Counted from the stretch's first letter, positions 7,509-17,648 are shown. The stretch is 29,430 nucleotides of DNA from Nitrospiraceae bacterium (GCA_041568895.1 JBFFYZ010000001.1:1-29430); one strand, 5' to 3'. Notes: generated by a model from the sequence alone, not told the origin. A program made the numbers and translations.

Positions 7509-7832
7509 CTAGTCCCCGCTTCTCGCGAGGTCCATCTCGGCCTGGAGCTTGGCCCGCTCCGCACGGAGGGTACAGGCTCGATCGAGGTCTTGGGCCATTT
7601 CGGGATCCGACAGAATCCGGTCGATCGGTTCACGGCGTTGGTGCATTTCGAGGGCCCGCTCACCGATGTCCCGGCAGAGGTCCTTGACCTGGGTATCCAG
7701 GGTGCGCACGGCCAGCCGCAGGCGGAGCAATTCCGTCTCCTCTAGAGCACGATTGGCGGCCTTGGCGGTCCCGAACCGCAATCGGGCCCACCCGGCCTTC
7801 AAATCATGCCGAACTTGCTGCAAGATGCCCAT
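7509..7832 (-). CDS. Hypothetical helical/coiled-coil protein
   Basis: 107 aa between recG and ppx in the same orientation; SD GGGAGGGG. Confidence 0.7.
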   Translation of the reverse strand: MGILQQVRHDLKAGWARLRFGTAKAANRALEETELLRLRLAVRTLDTQVKDLCRDIGERALEMHQRREPIDRILSDPEMAQDLDRACTLRAERAKLQAEMDLARSGD

Positions 7833-7890
7833 GCCTGTCCCCTCCCGCTGAAATGGATCGACTCTCTTCTTGTAACGGCCGGGAGTATTC

Positions 7891-10482
7891 TCAGCTCACC
7901 GATCCCAAGGCCAGTTTTTCCTTCCAGCGCCGAATCATGGCGGACCGGAGACCGAGATGTTCGGGGGCGGTCAGGGAAGGATCCGACTCGAGGAGTGTCC
8001 ACGCTTCCTGTCTCGCCCCTTCCAACAGGACCCCGTCGCGGATCAGGTTGGCCGCCCGGAACTCCGGAACACCCCACTGGCGGACGCCAAAAAACTCTCC
8101 CGGTCCGCGAATCCGCAGGTCTTCTTCGGCGATGACGAACCCGTCGGAGGAGTGAACCAAAGCCTCTAGGCGACGGCGGGCCGAGGAGCCGGACGGAAGT
8201 GCCCGTCCGGGACGCCCCACCTCCGCTTCATCCGTATCTCGTTGCCCCTGGCCCGCCCCTCCGGACATGAGGAGCAGGCAGTAGGCCAGGTGGCTCCCGC
8301 GGCCGACCCGACCCCGCAGCTGATGGAGCTGGGCCAGGCCGAACCGCTCCGCGTGCTCGACCAACATGACCGTGGCGTTCCGCACGTCCACGCCGACTTC
8401 TACCACCGTCGTGGCGACCAGGATCTGGATGCGCCCGGCCTTAAAGGCGGCCATGACCTCGTCCTTCGCCTCGGTCTTGAGGCGCCCATGGAGCACCCCG
8501 ACCCGGGCCCAGGCGAAGTCCTGCGCCTGCAGGCGTTCCGCCGCCTGGATGGCGGCCTGCAAGTCCACTTTTTCGGATTCCTCTACGAGGGGGTAGACAA
8601 TAAAGGCCTGGCGCCCCGCGCGGACCTCCTTCTCCAGCAGACGGTACGCCTTCCGCCGCTGAGACACGGTGAACAGGAGGGTTTGCACGGGCTGGCGCCC
8701 CGGAGGGAGCGCATCGATCACCGAGACGTCCAAATCGCCGTAAACGGTCATCGCCAGCGTTCGTGGGATCGGCGTCGCCGTCATCACCAGCACATCGGGA
8801 TGATACCCCTTGTCGAGCAAGGTCTTGCGTTGCAGCACTCCGAAGCGGTGCTGCTCGTCGATCACCGTCAGGCCGAGATTGGCAAATCGGATCCCCTTTT
8901 GAATCAACGCATGGGTTCCGATGACCAGGTGGGCCTCCCCCGACTCGATCTGCCGGAGGGCTTCCCGCCGGTGTTTCGCGGGGCCACCGCTGCGCAGCAA
9001 GGCCACCGTCAGCCCCAGGGGCTGGACCTGCTCGCGGAGGTTTAAGTAGTGTTGTTCCGCGAGGATTTCGGTCGGCACCATCAAGGCGGCCTGGTAGCCG
9101 GACCCGCAGGCGATCACCATGGCTTGCAGCGCAACCACGGTCTTGCCGCACCCGACGTCGCCCTGCAATAGCCGGTTCATGGGCCGGTCCGCCTTCATGT
9201 CGGCCTGAATCTCGGACAGCACCCGCTCTTGGGCCGCCGTCAACCGGAACGCCAGGCGCTCCCGGAGGCGGGAGAGCATCGCCGGAGCGGGGTTGAACGT
9301 AATTCCCTTTTTTTCCTCCTTGACCTCCCGGTGCCGAAAGGCCAAGGCCAGTTCCAGCAACAAAAATTCCTCGAAGGCCAGCCGCCTGTGGGCGAGGGTG
9401 GTCCCGCGGTCCAGGGCCGGCAGGTCGACGGATGCCCCGGGGAAATGCACCTCGGCCATCGCCTCACCGATCGTCGGCAGGCCGAGCTTGGCTCGGAGGG
9501 AGGCAGGCACCACGTCCTCCAGGGCCTCCCGGTACTCGTCAAGAAGCCCTTTCATGACGAGCCGGAGCCAGCGGGAGGTCAATCCTTTGGTCTCATGATA
9601 AATCGGCACGATACGGCCGACGTGAAGGGGAGCCTCGGCGTCCTCCGTCAACACCTCATATTGCGGCCCTTCCATTCGGGGATCCATCCATCCCCGCCGT
9701 CCCCCGGAGACGGTCCCGCTCAGCATCACCCGGGTTCCCGGCTCCAGGGTTTTTTCCAAATAGGCTTGATTGAAGAAAATACCCGTCAGGAGGCCCGAGG
9801 CATCCTCCACCGCGACCTCCAGGATCGTCATCCGCCGGCGGGCGGTGCGTTTCAGGATGCACCGCCGGACGGTTCCGCAGATGGTCCCGAAGGAGCCGGG
9901 AGTGAGTTGCCCGATTGGAATGACGACCGACCGATCCTCGTAGCGCCAGGGCAGGAACCACAAGGCCTCCTCGACGGTCCGCACTCCCACTTTTTCAAGA
10001 AGCACGGCCCGTTTGGGCCCCACCCCTTTGGCATATCGGATTGGGAGTTTCCACAAGGGCACGCTCGGCGCGGCCTGCGGACTTTGGGTCCGTGGGCTGG
10101 GTGTGGGAAGGGTGGCCTGCGAACGGGAGCCACCCGTGACGGTCGCCGGCGGAGGCTCCCACGCCGGAGGCAGAATCGTACCTTGGGCACCGGAAGGTCC
10201 CGTCAGGGTTCGGAGACGGCGCAGGATGGTCAACGCTTCGGCAAGCCGTTGCTGGCGCTCAGGAGCGCCCAGATTGCGGTCATAGTCCGAAAAGAGCTGA
10301 CGGAGGGCCAAGAGGTCGGTTTCCACCGGCTGGGGATAGACCCGTTCGGACAAGGCCTCGATCACTTGACGGGAGACGAACGCGCCTAAGTCTCTGACCG
10401 TGGCGAGGTGCGCATAGCCATCGCGGGTGGCAAATTCGATGGGGCGGGTTAAGAGGTCAACGATATGGTGGAGAGACTCCAT
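7891..10482 (-). CDS. recG: ATP-dependent DNA helicase RecG
   Basis: LQGDVGCGKT, DEQHRFGV, MTATPIPRTL, QLHQLRGRVGRG, DLRIRGPGEFFG motifs; N-terminal extension of about 140 aa. Confidence 0.97.
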   Translation of the reverse strand: MESLHHIVDLLTRPIEFATRDGYAHLATVRDLGAFVSRQVIEALSERVYPQPVETDLLALRQLFSDYDRNLGAPERQQRLAEALTILRRLRTLTGPSGAQGTILPPAWEPPPATVTGGSRSQATLPTPSPRTQSPQAAPSVPLWKLPIRYAKGVGPKRAVLLEKVGVRTVEEALWFLPWRYEDRSVVIPIGQLTPGSFGTICGTVRRCILKRTARRRMTILEVAVEDASGLLTGIFFNQAYLEKTLEPGTRVMLSGTVSGGRRGWMDPRMEGPQYEVLTEDAEAPLHVGRIVPIYHETKGLTSRWLRLVMKGLLDEYREALEDVVPASLRAKLGLPTIGEAMAEVHFPGASVDLPALDRGTTLAHRRLAFEEFLLLELALAFRHREVKEEKKGITFNPAPAMLSRLRERLAFRLTAAQERVLSEIQADMKADRPMNRLLQGDVGCGKTVVALQAMVIACGSGYQAALMVPTEILAEQHYLNLREQVQPLGLTVALLRSGGPAKHRREALRQIESGEAHLVIGTHALIQKGIRFANLGLTVIDEQHRFGVLQRKTLLDKGYHPDVLVMTATPIPRTLAMTVYGDLDVSVIDALPPGRQPVQTLLFTVSQRRKAYRLLEKEVRAGRQAFIVYPLVEESEKVDLQAAIQAAERLQAQDFAWARVGVLHGRLKTEAKDEVMAAFKAGRIQILVATTVVEVGVDVRNATVMLVEHAERFGLAQLHQLRGRVGRGSHLAYCLLLMSGGAGQGQRDTDEAEVGRPGRALPSGSSARRRLEALVHSSDGFVIAEEDLRIRGPGEFFGVRQWGVPEFRAANLIRDGVLLEGARQEAWTLLESDPSLTAPEHLGLRSAMIRRWKEKLALGSVS

Positions 10483-10566
10483 CGTGAGACAGAATGCTGA
10501 CGGCTACCTGAGGTGGAGGGCTGCGATTCACCGCCCGTCATTGACGGGTCATCGTTTCAGGAAGGC

Positions 10567-10596
10567 TTGTCAGGCCACAGCCACCTATGGTAGCAT
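10567..10596 (+). promoter_or_regulatory. Putative sigma70 promoter of rpmB
   Basis: TTGTCA-N18-TAGCAT with TGn extension. Confidence 0.5.
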
Positions 10597-10658
10597 ACGC
10601 CCGTTTTTCATACAACGACGAGATCGGAGTTCGCGTTACAAGAGAAGGAGTTAGGATC

Positions 10659-10850
10659 GTGGCATTCACCTGCGACCTCTGTGGAAAAAAGCATCAGTCC
10701 GGACACAACGTCAGTCACTCCAACAATAAGACTAAGCGGGTCTTTAATCCGAACCTCCAGCGGGTCCGTGCCCTGATCGACGGCGCCGCCAAACGGATTC
10801 GGGTCTGCACCCGGTGCCTCCGTTCCGGGCGCGTGCAAAAGGCGGTCTAA
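10659..10850 (+). CDS. rpmB: 50S ribosomal protein L28 (Zn-ribbon C+ type)
   Basis: GTG start after SD AAGGAG; [37 protein letters not shown]...VCTRCLRSG. Confidence 0.96.
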   Translation: MAFTCDLCGKKHQSGHNVSHSNNKTKRVFNPNLQRVRALIDGAAKRIRVCTRCLRSGRVQKAV

Positions 10851-11191
10851 GCCGGTCCCTCCCTCCAACCCTTCCGGAAGTTTCCATCCGTTTTCAAACG
10901 ACTTAGGGAGAAGTCAGGATCGAAAGGGATGGCCGGCAGCAATGCTCGGCCGTCAACTTGCGTTCTACTCCGGGGTGGAGGTAGGATGCCGAATGCGGCC
11001 TGCCCCTGGTTTTTCTTCTCGGCGATATCTATCCAAGACAATCCAGACACTCAAGGTGGACCGCCGGCACAGCCAATCTGTCGGCTTTTTCCACAAAGGA
11101 TTTCACGATCGGTGCGACCACGGAATCGAAGACATGGCATTCAAGCAGAAGCTGAAAGAACAATTCAGCATTTGAAGAAGGAGGACTCCTC

Positions 11192-11623
11192 ATGACCCAG
11201 GTAAAACTCGGCGATACGGTGAAGGTCCATTACACGGGAAAACTGGAGGATGGGTCCGTGTTTGACTCCTCCCAAAGCCGGGATCCACTCGAGTTCACGA
11301 CGGGTCAGGGCACGGTGATTCCAGGCTTTGAACGGGCAGTCCTCGGCATGAGCCCTGGCGACTCCAAGACGGAGCAGATCCCTTGTGAACTGGCGTATGG
11401 CTCCTATCAGGACCAGTTGGCGGTGGAATTGGATCGCGGGGAGTTTGCCAATCGGAATATCACCCCGCAGGTCGGGATGGAATTACAGGTTCGCCAACAG
11501 GATGGGCAATCGGTTCCGGTGATGGTCACGGAAGTCTCGGACAACCGCGTGAAGCTGGACGCCAATCATCCCTTGGCGGGCAAAAGCCTCACGTTTGAGA
11601 TTTCCTTGGTCGCGATTGTGTAG
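11192..11623 (+). CDS. FKBP-type peptidyl-prolyl isomerase (SlyD/SlpA-like, no His-rich tail)
   Basis: VKVHYTGKLEDGSVFDSS, VIPGFE, AYG, LDANHPLAGKSLTFEI; SD AAGGAGG. Confidence 0.93.
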   Translation: MTQVKLGDTVKVHYTGKLEDGSVFDSSQSRDPLEFTTGQGTVIPGFERAVLGMSPGDSKTEQIPCELAYGSYQDQLAVELDRGEFANRNITPQVGMELQVRQQDGQSVPVMVTEVSDNRVKLDANHPLAGKSLTFEISLVAIV

Positions 11624-11672
11624 GGAAAGAAAGAGAAGCGGGCTCTAATGGGAAATGTCTTGGAAAAAGATT

Positions 11673-11747
11673 TGGAGCGGGCGACGGGATTTGAACCCGC
11701 GACAACTAGCTTGGGAAGCTAGGACTCTACCACTGAGCTACGCCCGC
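11673..11747 (-). tRNA. tRNA-Gly (anticodon CCC)
   Basis: GCGGGCGTAGCTCAGTGGTAGAG...CTAGC-TTCCCAA-GCTAG...GGTTCAAATCCC...GCCCGCTCCA; cloverleaf intact, CCA encoded. Confidence 0.97.
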
Positions 11748-11772
11748 TCCGGATCTGAAGAAAACGAATTGA

Positions 11773-11801
11773 ATCCTACCCCTGCCCCCCGGGCAAGTCA
11801 A
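11773..11801 (-). promoter_or_regulatory. Putative sigma70 promoter of tRNA-Gly
   Basis: Minus strand TTGACT-N17-TAGGAT. Confidence 0.6.
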
Positions 11802-11830
11802 GGCCGCACCAGCGTCGGTTGAGGAATCTT

Positions 11831-13054
11831 CTAGCCGCCGGCCTTGAATTCCGCCGTCGCGAACTTCCGTCGGCCGATCCGCAAACGATAGCGATGGCCG
11901 GGCTGAAGCGACAGGCTCGCATTCGGGTCTTGGAGCTTGGCGTCGTCGATTTCCACTCCACCCTGGACGATCAGCCGCCTTGCCTCGCTCTTGCTTGAAA
12001 CCAACTGGGTCTTGGCCACCAACTCAACAATCCCGATTGCCGGCGCTGAGGAATCCGAGACATCCGCGGCGGTCAGGACCACCCGGGTATCCGGCTCATC
12101 CGGAAATTCTCTGGCTTGGAACCGCTGCTGGAAATCGGTTTTGCCCTGGCTCGCCGCCTCGGCTCCATGGTAGCGGCCCACGATCTGCTCCGCCAGGGCC
12201 AGCTTGGCCTCCATGGGATGGCTGTCCCGCACCCGGGCCAGGTCCTGTGTCGTGAGGAGCTCGTAATACCGGACCATCAGGTCGTCGCTGATCGACATGA
12301 GCTTGCCGAACATCTCCGCGGGCTGATCCTCCAAGGCGATGTAATTCCCGAAGCTCTTGCTCATCTTCCGGATCCCGTCGGTCCCCTCCAACAGGGGCAT
12401 GGTGAGCACGACCTGCGCCTCCTGCCCGAAGTCCCGTTGCAGGTCCCGCCCCACGAGGAGATTGAACTTCTGGTCGGTCCCGCCCAGCTCCACGTCGGCC
12501 TTGAGGGCGACGGAGTCATAGCCCTGAATCAACGGGTACAGAAATTCGTGCACGCTGATGGGTTTGTGTTCGTGGTAGCGCGTGTGGAAATCCTCCCGTT
12601 CCAGCATGCGGGCCACGTTGTATTTGGCGGCGACGTGGATCAACTCTTCCGCCCGCATAGCGTTCATCCACCGGCTGTTGAACTCCACCAGGGTCTTCTT
12701 GGGGTCGAGAATTTTGAAGATCTGGCGCTCGTAAGTCCTGGCGTTCTTCTCGACCTGGGCCTTCGTCAGGGCCACGCGGGTCTCGGACACCCCCGTGGGG
12801 TCGCCGATCATGCCCGTGAAGTCCCCGATGAGAAAGATGACCTGGTGGCCCAGCTCCTGGAAGTGCTTGAGCTTGTGAATCAGGACGGTGTGCCCGATAT
12901 GCAGGTCCGGGGCGGTGGGATCAAACCCGGCCTTGACACGCAAGGGACGGCGCTCCTTCAGCGACCGGGTGAGCTTCGCCTCCAGCTCGTTCTGCTGGAT
13001 CACCTCTACCGCGCCCCGGAGAATCAACTCCATCTGACGAGTCAGATCGGTCAT
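11831..13054 (-). CDS. tyrS: Tyrosine--tRNA ligase
   Basis: [39 protein letters not shown]-terminal S4-like domain. Real start ATG 13054 overlaps the upstream stop (ATGA). Confidence 0.97.
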   Translation of the reverse strand: MTDLTRQMELILRGAVEVIQQNELEAKLTRSLKERRPLRVKAGFDPTAPDLHIGHTVLIHKLKHFQELGHQVIFLIGDFTGMIGDPTGVSETRVALTKAQVEKNARTYERQIFKILDPKKTLVEFNSRWMNAMRAEELIHVAAKYNVARMLEREDFHTRYHEHKPISVHEFLYPLIQGYDSVALKADVELGGTDQKFNLLVGRDLQRDFGQEAQVVLTMPLLEGTDGIRKMSKSFGNYIALEDQPAEMFGKLMSISDDLMVRYYELLTTQDLARVRDSHPMEAKLALAEQIVGRYHGAEAASQGKTDFQQRFQAREFPDEPDTRVVLTAADVSDSSAPAIGIVELVAKTQLVSSKSEARRLIVQGGVEIDDAKLQDPNASLSLQPGHRYRLRIGRRKFATAEFKAGG

Positions 13055-13512
13055 GGCCGGCCTTTTTCGACGAGGGCGGGCCGCCGCGCCGGTTGGTCCG
13101 TTCCCTGCGTCCCTACCCGCACCCAGGGACGAAGCTGCTCCACACGTTTTCGGCCGATGCCTTTCACCTCCTGTAATTCCTCCACCCGCCGAAACGGCCC
13201 ACGCGCGACCCGCCGTTCCACGATGCGGGCCGCGAGAACGGGGCCGACTCCCGGCAAGGCCTGCAAGGCCTCCACCGTGGCTTCGTTCAAATCCAGCCGG
13301 TCGTGACCGCTGGGGCCAAGGCTCTTCCCTGACGGAGGCGCTGCCGGGGTTTCGGTTGGGACATCGGTTGTTGCGGGCTTGCCCTCGAGGGAAATGGGGG
13401 CTGCGGGGGGCTCTTGCCCCTCCGGCCCGCTCGACCCCGGCCATCCAATCCAGAGGACGAGGACCACCGCGATGGCCAACATCGCCAGCTTGATGAACAG
13501 TGAGCGACTCAT
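13051..13512 (-). CDS. comEA: ComEA-family helix-hairpin-helix DNA-binding protein
   Basis: N-terminal TM segment, Pro-rich linker, [29 protein letters not shown]...[16 protein letters not shown]; start ATG 13512 or GTG 13518. Confidence 0.88.
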   Translation of the reverse strand: MSRSLFIKLAMLAIAVVLVLWIGWPGSSGPEGQEPPAAPISLEGKPATTDVPTETPAAPPSGKSLGPSGHDRLDLNEATVEALQALPGVGPVLAARIVERRVARGPFRRVEELQEVKGIGRKRVEQLRPWVRVGTQGTDQPARRPALVEKGRP

Positions 13513-13533
13513 CGTCACTCGTCACCCGTCACG
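13513..13533. repeat. Heptamer tandem repeat x3 at the lpdA/comEA junction
   Basis: CGTCACT-CGTCACC-CGTCACG. Confidence 0.7.
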
Positions 13534-13539
13534 AAGGGG

Positions 13540-14976
13540 TCAGGCACCAGTCGGAAGGGTGCCTGACCCCTTGCGCGCCATATGGATGGCGACCCCCTCC
13601 ATGTCCTCTGCCGCCTCCATCAGTCCTTCGGACAACGTGGGATGGGCATGGATCATGTCGGCCAGCTGCGCGGCGGTGGCTCCCATGTGCAGGGCGAAGG
13701 CGGCTTCATGGATCAGATCGGCGGCGTGGGACCCGACAATGTGCACCCCGAGCAGGCGGTCGGTTTTCGCCTCCGCAATGACCTTGAACAGCCCCGTGGT
13801 CTCACCCGTGGCCTGGGCTTTTCCCAGCGCCATGTGGCGAAAGCGCCCGACCTTAATGTCTGACCCGGCCGCTTGGGCGCGTTCCCGGGCCTGGTCCTCC
13901 GTCAATCCGACCCGGCCGATTTCCGGGAGTGTGAAAATGCCGGCCGGCACCACGTCGTAGTTGATTTCCCGGCCGTGGCCGAGAATATTGGACACGGCCA
14001 CCTTCCCCTGGGCCGAGGCGACGTGGGCGAGCATGGCCTTGCCCGTCACGTCTCCGATGGCATAGATCCCCGGCACGTTGGTTTCCATCCGGCTGTTGAC
14101 GAGGATTTCGCCTCGTTTGCCAACTTGAACCCCCGCGCGCTCCAACCCGATCCCTTTGCTGTTCAATCCGCGTCCAACCGAGACGAGCACCTGATCCGCC
14201 GTGAGGGTGGTGCCATCCTTCAAGGTCGCCGTGAGGGAGCCGCCCTGCCGGTCCAGTTTCTCCACGGTCGTGCCGGTGCACACCGACACCGTCCGCTTTT
14301 TCAATTCACGAAGCATGACCCCGGAGACTTCCTCGTCCTCCAGGGGGAGAATCCGCGGCAGAAGCTCCACTATGGTGACCTGGGTGCCCAGACCGCTGTA
14401 CAAGGCGGCAAACTCGCAGCCTTCCACCCCGCCCCCGATGATGAGGAGCCGGGCCGGGATGGCCCTCATATCCAGGGCCTCCTTGCTCGTGATGATGTCC
14501 CGGCCGTCAACCGGAAACAGCGGCAGGTTGGGCCAGGACGACCCGGTGGCCACCACGAGGGCGTCGGCCGACACCCTCGTCTCGCTTCCGTCTCCTCGGA
14601 CGACCCGGAGGGTCCTCTCATCCAGCAGTTCACCGGTGCCCGCAACGTGCTCGATGCCCCAGGTTTTAAAGAGCGTGGCGATTCCCCTGACCAGGGTGTC
14701 CACGACCTTCTGTTTCCGGGCGACCATGCGGGCCACGTCATACCCCACCTGCCCGGACAGCGTCAGCCCCAGGTCGTTCGCCTTCTTCGCCTTCTCCCCC
14801 AGCTCGACGACCGCCAACAACGCCTTGCTGGGAATGCATCCCCAGTTCAAACAGACTCCACCCAGCGCCTGATTTTCGACCACGGTCACCCGGGCCCCGA
14901 GTTGCGCGGCGCGAATGGCGGCGACGTATCCCCCCGGGCCTGCCCCCAGCAAGGCGATGTGCTTCCGTTCGGTCAT
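13540..14976 (-). CDS. lpdA: Dihydrolipoyl dehydrogenase
   Basis: GAGPGGYVAAIRAAQLG, GGVCLNWGCIPSK, IIGGGVEGCE, YAIGDV, HAHPTLSE. Confidence 0.96.
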   Translation of the reverse strand: MTERKHIALLGAGPGGYVAAIRAAQLGARVTVVENQALGGVCLNWGCIPSKALLAVVELGEKAKKANDLGLTLSGQVGYDVARMVARKQKVVDTLVRGIATLFKTWGIEHVAGTGELLDERTLRVVRGDGSETRVSADALVVATGSSWPNLPLFPVDGRDIITSKEALDMRAIPARLLIIGGGVEGCEFAALYSGLGTQVTIVELLPRILPLEDEEVSGVMLRELKKRTVSVCTGTTVEKLDRQGGSLTATLKDGTTLTADQVLVSVGRGLNSKGIGLERAGVQVGKRGEILVNSRMETNVPGIYAIGDVTGKAMLAHVASAQGKVAVSNILGHGREINYDVVPAGIFTLPEIGRVGLTEDQARERAQAAGSDIKVGRFRHMALGKAQATGETTGLFKVIAEAKTDRLLGVHIVGSHAADLIHEAAFALHMGATAAQLADMIHAHPTLSEGLMEAAEDMEGVAIHMARKGSGTLPTGA

Positions 14977-15027
14977 GGGAGAGGGCTGTGAGAAATTTGA
15001 CGATAAGGCGTCACGGAAAGAATGAGA

Positions 15028-15414
15028 TTACGTCTGCTGCGTGCCCAGGAACGCCTCGTACTGGGCTGCGGTCATCAGCGAATCGACTTGACTCGGGTCG
15101 GAGAGCTCCACCACGGCCATCCACCCCTTCCCATAGGGATCGGAATTCACCAGCTCCGGGTGGTCCTTAAGGTCGGGATTCACCTGGACGATGGACCCGC
15201 TGACGGGGGTGTAAATCGCCGAGGTGGTTTTCGTCGACTCGACCTCCCCGATTTCTTGCCCCGCCGTCACCTTGGCTCCGACTTTGGGCATCTCGATATA
15301 CACGATATCCCCCAAGGAATCCTGGGCGAAATGAGTGATCCCCAGCGTGGCCTGCTTCCCCTCCACACGGACCCACTCATGTTCCTTATGATACCGTAGA
15401 TCGGTCGGATTCAT
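15028..15414 (-). CDS. gcvH: Glycine cleavage system H protein (lipoyl carrier)
   Basis: RYHKEHEWV, GITHFAQDSLGDIVYIE, lipoyl-Lys in EVESTKTTS, NSDPYGKGW; start ATG 15414 with SD GAGG. Confidence 0.95.
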   Translation of the reverse strand: MNPTDLRYHKEHEWVRVEGKQATLGITHFAQDSLGDIVYIEMPKVGAKVTAGQEIGEVESTKTTSAIYTPVSGSIVQVNPDLKDHPELVNSDPYGKGWMAVVELSDPSQVDSLMTAAQYEAFLGTQQT

Positions 15415-15481
15415 AACCGCCTCTTGAATCTGTTTTTCGGCTGTGACCGAACGCCTGTCAATTCGGAAAAATAGTTGGGGG

Positions 15482-15510
15482 ATCGTAGTGCAGGAGGGTG
15501 GGTTTGTCAA
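15482..15510 (-). promoter_or_regulatory. Putative sigma70 promoter of gcvH-lpdA-comEA-tyrS
   Basis: Minus strand TTGACA-N17-TACGAT. Confidence 0.7.
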
Positions 15511-15666
15511 TCCTTCGACATCCACGCCATTCCGCCCTTCGGCAGGCTTCTGGCGCCCTAAGGTCCTCGAAGGGCGGGCGGGCCTTGCTCAGGATTGACG
15601 CTGAGCGGTCCCGGTAAACCGGCTCTTCCGAGTGGTGAGCCTGTTCAACCAGGCGCCGTCGAAGCG

Positions 15667-17229
15667 TCAAGGAACGGCGGCGGAGCTTTCCAGAAAAATC
15701 AGACCCATTCCCTTTGCCGGCGCGGCACGCTCGATATCCATGGTGAGCCGTTCCCCGAGGCGAGCTACGTCCCGCGTCGGAAGGGGGGTACTCACCCAAA
15801 TGGCGCCACCCTCCCCGACCATTTCCCGCAACCGTTCCGGAATCGATGGCACGGTCGTCTCTCCCACCACGCGGCCAGGTCGAGTCCCGTTCCGCGAGGG
15901 ACCGATGAGGAACAATTCGAATCCGCGGCGCTTGGCCTCCAACAGGTCCTCACTAAAGTACACGAGGGCGTGAATCGGATCGGTCACGCTCTCGGGGTGA
16001 ATCTCCAAGGCCACCTGGAACTCGGGAACCTGCCGGCGCATCATGTGAACCAGCCTGGCCAGCACCTTGACCTGTTCCCGGGCTTTCCATCCCGCCCACC
16101 GCCAGAACTCCGGGGCATAAACCGAGCCGTTCCTGTCGTCTTTGGTCCGAAGGAAGAGGCGAGAGGGTACAAGGGGCTTGCCGAAATCCTTTTCAAAGCC
16201 CCGCAGAGCGAAGGAACTGAACCCGTCCCGGGGCCCGAGCGGGGCATCATTGCGAAACAGGACGCCATCTATTTTGGTCTGAACCAGGTCCCTGAGAAGC
16301 CCGGTGAGGTATTCCTGCAGCCCGGGATGAAACAGATCCAGGTACAGAGAGGGCTGAAGTTGGAAGCCGGCATAATCGAGGGACCAGTCGTGCCAACCCA
16401 GGCGGGAATCGATCCAACTCATCCGCCGCGGCGTCAAGGACGCGAATACCTGCAGGCCGTACCGATGGGCAATGGGCACGACCTCCTCAAACCCTTCACG
16501 GACCGTGGGGGCCAACCGGGTGCGGAAGAAGACCCCCGGGGCCGGCGGCTTGCCGCCTTCGTAGGTCCGTCGGACCGGCTCCCATTCCCCAGTCCCGACC
16601 TCCAACAGAAGGGTCGTGATGCCGCCACGCTTGAGACTCTGGATCCAGCGTTCCAGCTCGCCTGCCGGAGGGAGGTGTGAGGCCGGAAAGAGCACGCCCA
16701 CCACCGAGCCGTCCGTTCGAGGCCCCGTCCCTCTCAGGCCCTCCAACTCCCGGATCCGGCCGTCCGCTTCCTGCCATCGCCTCCCGTCAGGCGCCGAGCC
16801 GGCCGGACCGGACCGGACCAGCGTTCGGTATTCGGCCAGAGCCGCATCCCACTGGCCTGTTGCCTCATAGGCCTGCCCCAACCACCAATGGGCTTCCGCC
16901 CGCAAAGGAGACTGGGGATAGGCCTCCACCAGGCGCCGAAACACCTGCACTGCCTCCTCATAGCGATGTTCGGTGAAATGCGTGCGACCCAGATTAAAAA
17001 GGCGCTCCTGGGCTTCCTGGGCCGGACCGGCTGCGGAATCTGAGGAAAGGGGACGGGAAGGTTGGGGGCCGGCACAGCCAGCCCACCCCAGAGCAAGCAC
17101 GAGAGCCGTCCACATCAACACCGCAGGCATGGAGAAGCGCAACGAAGCAAGCAGTGACCGGCGGCGGAACTGGAGGAAAAGAGGGCGTACCCCTGCGGCA
17201 CGATTTCTGCCGCGCAGTCCGGGCATCAC
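15667..17229 (-). CDS. Probable lipoprotein with TPR domain and PgaB C-terminal-like (GH153/GHL13-like) TIM-barrel domain
   Basis: Lipobox-like LGWAGC; [12 protein letters not shown]...[33 protein letters not shown]; later [20 protein letters not shown] motifs. GTG/ATG start overlaps the ndk stop; alternative ATG at 17130. Confidence 0.7.
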   Translation of the reverse strand: MMPGLRGRNRAAGVRPLFLQFRRRSLLASLRFSMPAVLMWTALVLALGWAGCAGPQPSRPLSSDSAAGPAQEAQERLFNLGRTHFTEHRYEEAVQVFRRLVEAYPQSPLRAEAHWWLGQAYEATGQWDAALAEYRTLVRSGPAGSAPDGRRWQEADGRIRELEGLRGTGPRTDGSVVGVLFPASHLPPAGELERWIQSLKRGGITTLLLEVGTGEWEPVRRTYEGGKPPAPGVFFRTRLAPTVREGFEEVVPIAHRYGLQVFASLTPRRMSWIDSRLGWHDWSLDYAGFQLQPSLYLDLFHPGLQEYLTGLLRDLVQTKIDGVLFRNDAPLGPRDGFSSFALRGFEKDFGKPLVPSRLFLRTKDDRNGSVYAPEFWRWAGWKAREQVKVLARLVHMMRRQVPEFQVALEIHPESVTDPIHALVYFSEDLLEAKRRGFELFLIGPSRNGTRPGRVVGETTVPSIPERLREMVGEGGAIWVSTPLPTRDVARLGERLTMDIERAAPAKGMGLIFLESSAAVP

Positions 17230-17648
17230 GGCCCGGTCACTTCCATCCCGGAAAAGAAATACCCGATCTCGAACTTGGCCGTCTCGGCGGAGTCCGAGCC
17301 GTGCACGGCATTGGCCTCGATCGAGCTCCCATGCCGCGCTCGAATGGTGCCGGGATCGGCCTTGGCGGGATCGGTGGCACCCATCAGGTCGCGATGCCGC
17401 TTGATCGCGTCCTCTCCGACCAGAATCAACACCACGACCGACCCCGAACTCATAAACGTGGTGAGGCTGTCGAAAAAGGGCCGGGCCCGATGCACCGCAT
17501 AGAACCCTTCGGCCGCCGCTTTCGTCAAGGTCATCATGCGGATGGCCGCCGGCCGCAGCCCCGCCGCTTCGTACCGTCCGATGATGTCCCCGATGGCCTG
17601 TTTTTTCACCGCATCAGGTTTAATGATCGCCAGTGTCCGTTCTACCAT
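17226..17648 (-). CDS. ndk: Nucleoside-diphosphate kinase
   Basis: [29 protein letters not shown]. Confidence 0.97.
   Translation of the reverse strand: MVERTLAIIKPDAVKKQAIGDIIGRYEAAGLRPAAIRMMTLTKAAAEGFYAVHRARPFFDSLTTFMSSGSVVVLILVGEDAIKRHRDLMGATDPAKADPGTIRARHGSSIEANAVHGSDSAETAKFEIGYFFSGMEVTGP

Noticed and set aside
10851-11191. Short ORFs between rpmB and the PPIase (10929-11195, 10942-11175) and a weak ATCCA(A)GACA repeat
   Set aside because: No SD, motif or protein-like composition; the repeat has only two imperfect copies
11624-11672. Possible integration site at the tRNA-Gly 3' end
   Set aside because: No integrase and no duplicated tRNA 3' fragment in the window; a housekeeping-type PPIase gene converges directly
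13055-13525. Long N-terminal extension of tyrS in the ORF track / T-box leader
   Set aside because: Region is occupied by comEA in another frame; tyrS begins at the ATGA overlap
15415-15666. Glycine riboswitch upstream of gcvH
   Set aside because: Only about 65 nt between the predicted promoter and ATG; no aptamer motifs recognised
16798-16820. CCGGA pentamer repeat
   Set aside because: Short, inside a GC-rich coding linker, compatible with chance
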